In this document: positions 56,530 to 64,000 of the stretch, piece after piece | Layout: the number at the start of each line of letters is the position of its first letter | Position numbering within the stretch: the first letter of the stretch is position 1 | Notes under the pieces: model-generated | Told to the model about the DNA's origin: nothing | Databases searched by the model: none | Seen by the model: the letters and a program-made list of their open reading frames with translations, nothing else | Assembly: GCF_009914755.1 (NCBI RefSeq) | Contig: NC_060935.1 | Reading direction: 5' to 3' (one strand) | DNA length: 64,000 bases | From: the human T2T-CHM13v2.0 reference genome, Homo sapiens | Position numbers and translations under genes: made by a program

Positions 56530-59500
56530 TGCCGAGGGCACTGCGCAAGAGAGGTGGGCATTGATTTCAGAAGGGCGCCCGGAAGGACACCTGTCTGGCC
56601 CCAGACCGGGCAGGAGCCAGGCCTCGGATTTCTCATCTGTCAGATGACAATGATGCTATCTACTTCCCAGGGCCATCGTTCAGATTAAATGATGCAGTGC
56701 TTGGGAGAATCCGGATGGATGAGCGACACTATAGAAACATGACTTGGATTTATGGCAAGAGGGACTTCAGTGAGACATGAAGAACTGTTGACTAGACAGG
56801 CCGGCAGGACACTGTGGCAGGTTTCCCGTGAAGAATTCCATACTGACAATGTAAAAGAGAGGCAATGACCGTCTGATATAAGTGCGTGACACTGCACAGG
56901 TTTCACTGTGTGAAATGCATACATGAGTTCTTGTAGAAATGAATTGATTTTTTTAAGAAGTGACTTAAGGGAAGGAAGACGTGACTTAAGGAACTCAGGA
57001 AGTCTCTGTGCCGTCACTAAGTCAGAGATTCCAGAAGATTCTCTCTGAAGAACAGTCACCAACTGGATTATTGAAAATTAGCCCACTGCCACCTCACGGG
57101 TGGGCCTTGTAACCCACATCAGCTGGACCAAGGGGCCTGGAGACGCAATAGCCTGGAAACAGGGTGACCCCAAGGGGCAGGCGGGATGCAAGCACAGAGG
57201 AAACAAGAAAATGCTGAAGGAAGCTGCTCAGAAAAGTGGAGGCCAGGTGGCTCTGAAACCCAGGTGTGACCACAGAGGAAAGTGCCCTGAAGGCCAGAGA
57301 CCCAGCTCCAATTACCAGCTATGTGACAGGGGCACGCCCAGCCCCTTTCCTGATTTTCAGAATTTCCCTATCTGGGAGACGAAGATCATGTCGCCGGGGC
57401 CTGCCTGTAATACTTCAAAAAACACAAAAACACTCTATGCACCATGTAGAGGATTATTTTTGTGAACTCCAGGGCAGGGAGCATCAACAGCTCAGAGGCA
57501 GCACTGGCATCTGCCTCAAGTGTCCTGCCTTCTCTCCATCCCCAGGCACAAGCAGGGCCCACGAATGCCCAGCATCTGCTCTCCAGTCACTGGTGAAATA
57601 TGGGTGGCATTCACTGTGTCAGCATTTGGAAATTAGCCCGCCTGTGGTCTGGCTGTTGGCGTCCCTGGGGCTCCCTAACCCACATGGCTACGCAGGCAAA
57701 GACAGAAACTCTGGTGCCGCCAGCTTCCGCCCGAGGCGCTTTTCTGCGTGGGGTGCTGACTGAGCAACTGAAGCAGGGCTGCAGCATTCACTGGCAGCTG
57801 AGACCCAGGATTGGGGGCCCTAGTGGGGCTGGGGTCAATGGGGATGGTACCATGGAGGGGCATGAGCTGGGACATTTAGAACAGAAAGAGAAACATGCCG
57901 AGTGAGGAGGCAAGATGTGAGCAGCAGGGCTAGCGGGTATCCCTGGGACCTCAGACAGAAAGGAAGCTGCAAGGGAGCTTGTACCCAGTGATCACAGGCT
58001 CATTTATGGGATAGACCCAGGCAACCTGAAGAAAGGCAGAATCAGAGCAATAGCCAGAGGTGACTGTCGTCAGAAACATACCCCTGCTCCTGGGAGCCAC
58101 TGCAGAGCGGGATAACTGGGGCTCGCCTCCCTGGTGCAAGCCCAGGAGTGAGGGCCTTGTGATAAGATTTCCAAAAACACCAGCCCCGTGCCCTGCCTGT
58201 CGGTAAGCGGCCACCGGAACCCCTCCCAGAAAGATAGATGCAGGCTCCGTGTCTGTAGAAGTTTGTGTCCATTTCCCGCTGAAATGGACTCCTGCCTCTC
58301 CACACCCCTAAAACCCAAGCTTCTTCCTGATCTCCAACCCACATCCTAACGGGTGAGGTTGAAGTCTAATTTCCTCTGGCCTTCAGTGAGGATGAGAAAA
58401 CCAGCCCCTTCATAGATGAGAAAGCAGTTTCAGCCCCCAGCTCTCGGCCGCGCTTCTCCGGTGGCTGCCTATTCCCAGCTTCAGGTCCCAGTGGCCGTGG
58501 TCATCCGCGTGGGAAGGGATTTGCCTGCTGTGCGCTGGGTGCCTGGGTCGCACCGCTCATCTTGCTGCAGTGCCATCCTCCCAGTCTCTCCACCCCTTTC
58601 CCCACTGCCACAAGATACTTAAGGGGCAACTTTGTAGAAATCCAAATCTGTAAACTCCACAGGCTGGGAAACACCCAGCCAAAGGAGCAGGTGTATCAGT
58701 AATAAGGGGAAGAAAATCCGAGTGCGGCACGGGGTTTTCTCCACTCTCTGGCAGCCTCCGTCCCCAGCAGACCTCATCCTGTCTCTTCAGTGGTGAGCAT
58801 TGCCCAGGCTGGGTGTGAATTCTTATGCACAATGGATTCAAGCAGGACTAGGAGTGAGGAGACCCATGTTGGAAAGGACTCTCAGACCTGGTCCTGGGGA
58901 GCGCTCTGGGGGTCTCCTGACTCCCCTTCTCCACTCCCTCTGAGGGGATGGAGTATTGGGAGAGGAAACAGCCCTGTGTCCTACCGCCCCCTCCATCCCC
59001 CCCGGGGCTGCCCTAGAAGCAGACTGGGTCGGGGAGCCTGGTTGGTAGGTTAGAACGTGCTCATGCTCTGCCAGTTCGCTGATGTGTCATGCAGCCACTC
59101 TTGTACCTGCCATCCCTACTCATCCCCTCACGGGGACCAGAGCTTCTGCAGCATAGGGACTGTGTCATCACACTTCACTAAGGCCAGCACAGCGGGGGCT
59201 TCCCAGAGGTCTAAGGTGACCTTAGCCCATGCCTGTGGCTTATCTCTGAACCCGATTCAAGCTCCCCATACTCTGTGCATAATTCATCAGCAGTCCAACA
59301 CTTCCCTTAACAGCATCCAAATACCCTGATCCCCAAAATGGTCACATGCACTTTCCAGCATGAGACCGGGATTACCCTTATCTCTCTGAATATCTCATCA
59401 CTGGACTCGGACTCCAAGGGGCCACACACTTCACAGAGTCTTCTCCTGTGAAAAGACCCACAACAGTTATTCACAGTTGCTGAGTTCTGCTGAGCTCTTC

Positions 59501-60537
59501 AAGGACAAATGGTAGATCTGGATAAAGCCAGAAAGCTCCTGAGAATTTAATCAAGGGCAACGAACCATGAGACTTCCCCTACGGGTAGTCACCTGAGAGA
59601 ACTTGGGCTGTTTTAACTCTGCAAAGACAGTATTAACCTGTTGCTTTCAATTGTGTTGGGTTGCATATTTAAATCTGTTCCCTGGGGATATGGTGACACA
59701 CTGATAGACCCCAATAAATACAATTCCTGAATCCCAGCCAAGAAACACTGGTGTGTGTGCAACTGGAGCAGAGGGAGGGGCAGGGACATTGGGAAATTCT
59801 AAATAAATGGAAAAATCTGGCTTGTATTTCAAGGATTATTCAAAAAGAATCTTCCCTTAGAAGCATCAGTGAGTCACACGCATCTAACCAGAATGCAAAG
59901 TTTACAAAGCATGGTAATGGCAGAACACAGCACAGGGCAGATACACACATGCAGAGATGGACTCTGTTGCATACTGGGGAACCAATTTTGAAAAGTAACA
60001 ACAGGCTTCTTCTGAGAGAGGAAATTATTCATCCAAAACAGTGCTGGGAAAATTCAGATTTACATTTTTCCTAGGGCCTTTGAGTTGCATATTTCTGCAA
60101 TGAGTGAGCTGGATTTGATGAGGCTTTACAATGATTGTTCAAAATTAGTGTTTCAATGCTCTGGTTTTAAATGGAATGCTTTTGGGTTGGGTTTTATATT
60201 TGACAGCTAAGGACCTTAATAACAGTTTTTGAGAAGCAACTCCTTAGGGCAGAACATCTTTGGATCCTCAATAGTTTTGAAGCGACCTGTTCTCTGCACT
60301 ATTTTTGGTTTCTTTCTGCTATTTTTCTAAAAAGAATCCAGGAGTTTCATGTGTAAGAGCATCGTTCTTTTTTCCGTTTGCTCACAGATTCTGACGAGGC
60401 AATGGCAAGAAAGGCTGACACTTTGCACATCCTTCACAATCTTCTGCAAGGATGGCTTAGAATCGTCCTGCGTGGAGGAAGGAACAACCTTTGACCTTAA
60501 GGTAACTTAAGGTTTGACCTTAAGGTTTATTACTGAC

Positions 60538-60869
<332 letters not shown>

Positions 60870-62700
60870 TATTGTTGACTTTTCTAGGGGTCTATCTTTT
60901 ATATGTCTCTACACTAATTTTTTTCTTCAGCATTTTTTGAAGATGTTTGTTTTTGTTGTTTTCTTTTTCCAATTTCTGCACACCCTGCTTGTTCATGATG
61001 ATTTCTGAACCACATAATCGAGCCAACCACTTTTTGCTATTTCACAGCAGTACTAATACTATTCCTGAACCATATATATTTCAGGAGAAAGAGCAGATTG
61101 GGAAAGCCTAGGCCCTTTTCTGTATACTTTTGGCTTGAGCCTAGGTCATCACAGTCTTGAATGTGGGAGGGTGAGTGGAAGGAAAAGGGTCTGTGCCATT
61201 CAAAGTGTGCTCTTTTTGCGGACTTTGGGAGTCTCTGGCTCCTGTTTCAGAGCTCCACTTCATCCTCGCCTGTCCCCATCACTCTCTGCAGCTGATTGGC
61301 CACCAGACTTTGTGTCTTCTCCCTCTTGGTAATCTCCTCCCTGATTACCCGGCCGTGGTCTTACCCTACTCTAGTCCACCTTGCACTGTGCAGGCAGAGC
61401 AACTCTTCCACAATGTAAATAAGATCTTACCCCGGTTCTCACCACCTTCCGGACACTGCCCAAGTTCCTCAGCATCACATACTAGGTCCTTCATCGTGGC
61501 ACCCTGCAGCTTCCCTCACCCCTCCCCTGGCCACCCACCCTCAGCCACACCAGCCTGGTATTCCCTGTGTAAGTCATGCTCTCTCTCATTCTTGCATATT
61601 TTTGTAAATGCCATTTCCTTGTTCTAGAATGTTCTTCCCCCTGCCTCCAGTAGGCCCCTTCCTGCCCACCCAGCGCATTTAGGATCATGCTTCCATGAGG
61701 TCCTCTGTAGGAAAAGTATGATGTACTTTTCTGTGCAGGCAGCGATGATACTATGAGCTACATTTCTGTGTCACAGTCCCCACTCATCAGGTATCTCTCC
61801 CATTAGCGTGTGAGAGCCTGTTTCCATGCACATAGCCCCTAGCCCAAGTACCTGCCCTCTAGAGCAAAGCATTTCCCAAGCCATTCAGTGGTTTCCCAGG
61901 ACCTAGCATCCAAAACACAATGAGTTCTAATTACAAGCTTGTTGAAAGGCAAATGAAGAAAAAAACCTGTATGTATAATAATAATAGTCATGAGAAAGAC
62001 AAGAATGAAGAGAAGAAAGACAATAGTCATCACTGGCATCTTAAATTATGGAGCCAAGGGGAGAAACATTTGGGTCACCCTCAGGATCAAACTGCCAGGC
62101 CAGAAGCAATTCCACTGAGAGGGCACCAGGAAGCCTTCAATGCATGGAAACCCTGGAGCAAGTAAAAGGCAAAGCATGTGAGTCACAGCTGAATCCCTGG
62201 ACAATCACTGAGCTGTGACAAGGTGCAGGGTAGACTCATAACCTAGCACAGAAAAACACATTACTGAGGAAAGGAAAAGAACGTGAATGGGGAATTTTGA
62301 GACTTAGCTCTTCACAGAAAAGCATGCTTGGCAATTACAAACTTCTTATATTAAAAAAAATCAGGCAAACCAAAAGTCATTAAAGCATTAAAGATTAAGA
62401 CCCACTCACAAGGAATTCACATACTCTGCTTCTTTACAAGGGCAGTCTTGCACCTACACTGACTTGGTGCACCTCCTTACACAGAAGAAATCCACCTTCA
62501 TGACTTGAGTATAAAAAAATGCTTTTCTGATGGCCCATACGTTCCCAGATATCTCCACCCCATCATGCTCTTAAAAGCTGAAGCTGACTTAGTGAGAATC
62601 CATTTACACTAAACAGTGTAGAGTAAGACAACACAAGCCAAGCCCATGACTGAAGGGAGCCCACAAAGACTGGGCAGCTCCTCCAATGTAACCGAAGATT

Positions 62701-62820
62701 CAACCAAAGATTCTAACTGCCCTCCAGCCCCAGGGCTACGGAATGGCCCAGGGAAGGCAGCGTGCAGCTCGCAACTAATAATCCAGGTACAACCAGCAGA
62801 TCAAAAGCATCCAGTGAGTG
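62701..62820 (+). repeat. 120-bp direct repeat, copy 1
   Basis: 104/120 identical to 63402-63521 by hand count, no indels. Confidence 0.92.
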
Positions 62821-63013
62821 GCTCTGCCAAGTCCCTGTCCATAAAAGGTCCATAGCACAATCACTATGTTTTGCTCCATTTTGTAAGCCCAGCTAAAAGG
62901 AGAAAAATTCAATCATTTTTCCTAAAGATTGCTGGTTGCGAAAGACCAACTCCTTTTAAGCGTCTATGCACCAAATCTGTAAGATACAGATATTGGGAGA
63001 AGGGGCTCCATAC

Positions 63014-63043
63014 CTGTTCAGAGCAGAGATAAACAGTTGGCAT
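63014..63043 (-). CDS. KCNJ1: KCNJ1 ROMK3-specific N-terminal coding segment MPTVYLCSEQ (predicted full exon 63014-63146)
   Basis: The minus strand reads ATG CCA ACT GTT TAT CTC TGC TCT GAA CAG|gtatgg. Phase 0 join gives 10+7+372 = 389 aa, matching human ROMK3 as I recall it. Acceptor tctttctttcattttctgatgtag|G at 63146. Confidence 0.85.
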
Positions 63044-63401
63044 TCACTGGTATAGAGCAATTGTCACAACAGTCATTAGGAAGCTGAACAAATGTTGAGA
63101 AATCCAAATGTATCCATTCAGAATGGTGCAAAATTCCTATAAAGTCCTACATCAGAAAATGAAAGAAAGACATTTGGGTGAAGGTAATCAAAATGTCTGG
63201 CTAACTCTTGCCTTTTCCTGATATATGTTTTCCATAATAGACCCCACTAGCACCTTGATCCTCTACCTTAAAGATGGAAACGGCTTGGCAGAGGTTGTGT
63301 TACTAGGCAAGGTCTTGCTACAATTGAAAGGATGCCACCAGAGATGAAAACCCTACATACATCTCTGCCACCAAAAGAAGACTTTGGAATCAGGCATGAT
63401 G

Positions 63402-63521
63402 CAACCAAAGATTCTTACTGCCCTCCAGCCCCAGGGCTGCGGAGTGACCCAGGGAAGGCAAGATGCAGCACACAGCTAATAATCCACATGTAACCAGCAC
63501 ACCAAAAGCATCCAGTGAGTG
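63402..63521 (+). repeat. 120-bp direct repeat, copy 2
   Basis: 104/120 identical to 62701-62820. Confidence 0.92.
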
Positions 63522-63663
63522 AGTTAAAACCATGCTTCTATCTATCCCCCAGGAGTGGACAGACAAGTCTGCCTAGATTTGAGGCGGGGAAAAGAGGTCT
63601 AAATTTTCACAAGAATTAACTTCTTTTTCCTACAAAGAGACAATGAGGTGTTTCTCCTCTTAC

Positions 63664-63862
63664 CTCATGGATTGCTGGAGTAAATGTAGAAACAAAAACT
63701 CATTTTCTTGGTCTCCAAGAAAGCAACCAGATTCTCGATGTGAGCAAGTCCCTGCACCTTTGATGCAAGAGTTTGGATATGCTGGGTGAGGGTACCCGAG
63801 GCCCTGTTGATTTTATGAGTCTGTGGGCCAGCTCAGACCGGCTGCCAACTCATCTGTATGCA
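63664..63862 (-). other. KCNJ1: KCNJ1 distal first exon (5' UTR); 5' end approximate
   Basis: Donor GAG|gtaaga at 63664. The start is inferred about 30 bp downstream of the TATA box. Confidence 0.7.
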
Positions 63863-63886
63863 ACAGTTCTCAAAGAACATAGTTTA

Positions 63887-63893
63887 CTTTATA
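63887..63893 (-). promoter_or_regulatory. TATA box of the distal KCNJ1 promoter
   Basis: Minus-strand TATAAAG about 225 bp upstream of the exon-1 donor. Confidence 0.6.
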
Positions 63894-64000
63894 ACCGGAT
63901 CCAACAAGAGTAGGCGTGGCAGTTAAGTGAGTGAGATACCAAAGGTGTTGAGCTACCAAGGCTAACTAAGAAGGATTTGTTTATGGAACCCTGGCTTGGA

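Noticed and set aside
63084-63085. Alternative acceptor ttgttcag for the ROMK3 exon
   Set aside because: Weaker pyrimidine tract than the acceptor before 63146. It is possible as a minor site but cannot be supported.

Overview
This is human (or very close primate) genomic DNA, recognisable as 11q24.3. The left end holds the last four coding exons of FLI1 on the + strand (66, 60 and 48 nt phase-1 exons, then the ETS-domain exon) and its 3' UTR. After about 25 kb of intergenic DNA, the convergent KCNJ1 (ROMK/Kir1.1) gene lies on the - strand and appears essentially complete: a TATA-containing distal promoter near 63.9 kb, a non-coding first exon, the ROMK3 exon (MPTVYLCSEQ), a 170-nt non-coding exon, the ROMK1 exon (MNASSRNVFDTL) and the large core exon. 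The rest is typical primate intron/intergenic DNA: Alus, MaLR solo LTRs, a Tigger3-type DNA transposon, L1 fragments, microsatellites and an orphan CpG island. Many short MIR/L2 fragments are likely present but are not listed because I cannot bound them. There are no prokaryotic features, rRNA, tRNA or CRISPR arrays, and almost all entries in the ORF track are spurious. I see no convincing new multi-gene system. The most unusual signals are: a chain of stop-start-coupled uORFs in the KCNJ1 leader; a splice-created 52-aa uORF with a signal-peptide-like N-terminus; an ~85-bp-arm inverted repeat in FLI1 intron 6; a nested inverted-duplication complex at 23-25 kb; a 120-bp direct repeat bracketing the ROMK3 exon; a possible deletion allele at the FLI1 3' end; and three co-oriented CTCF motifs.
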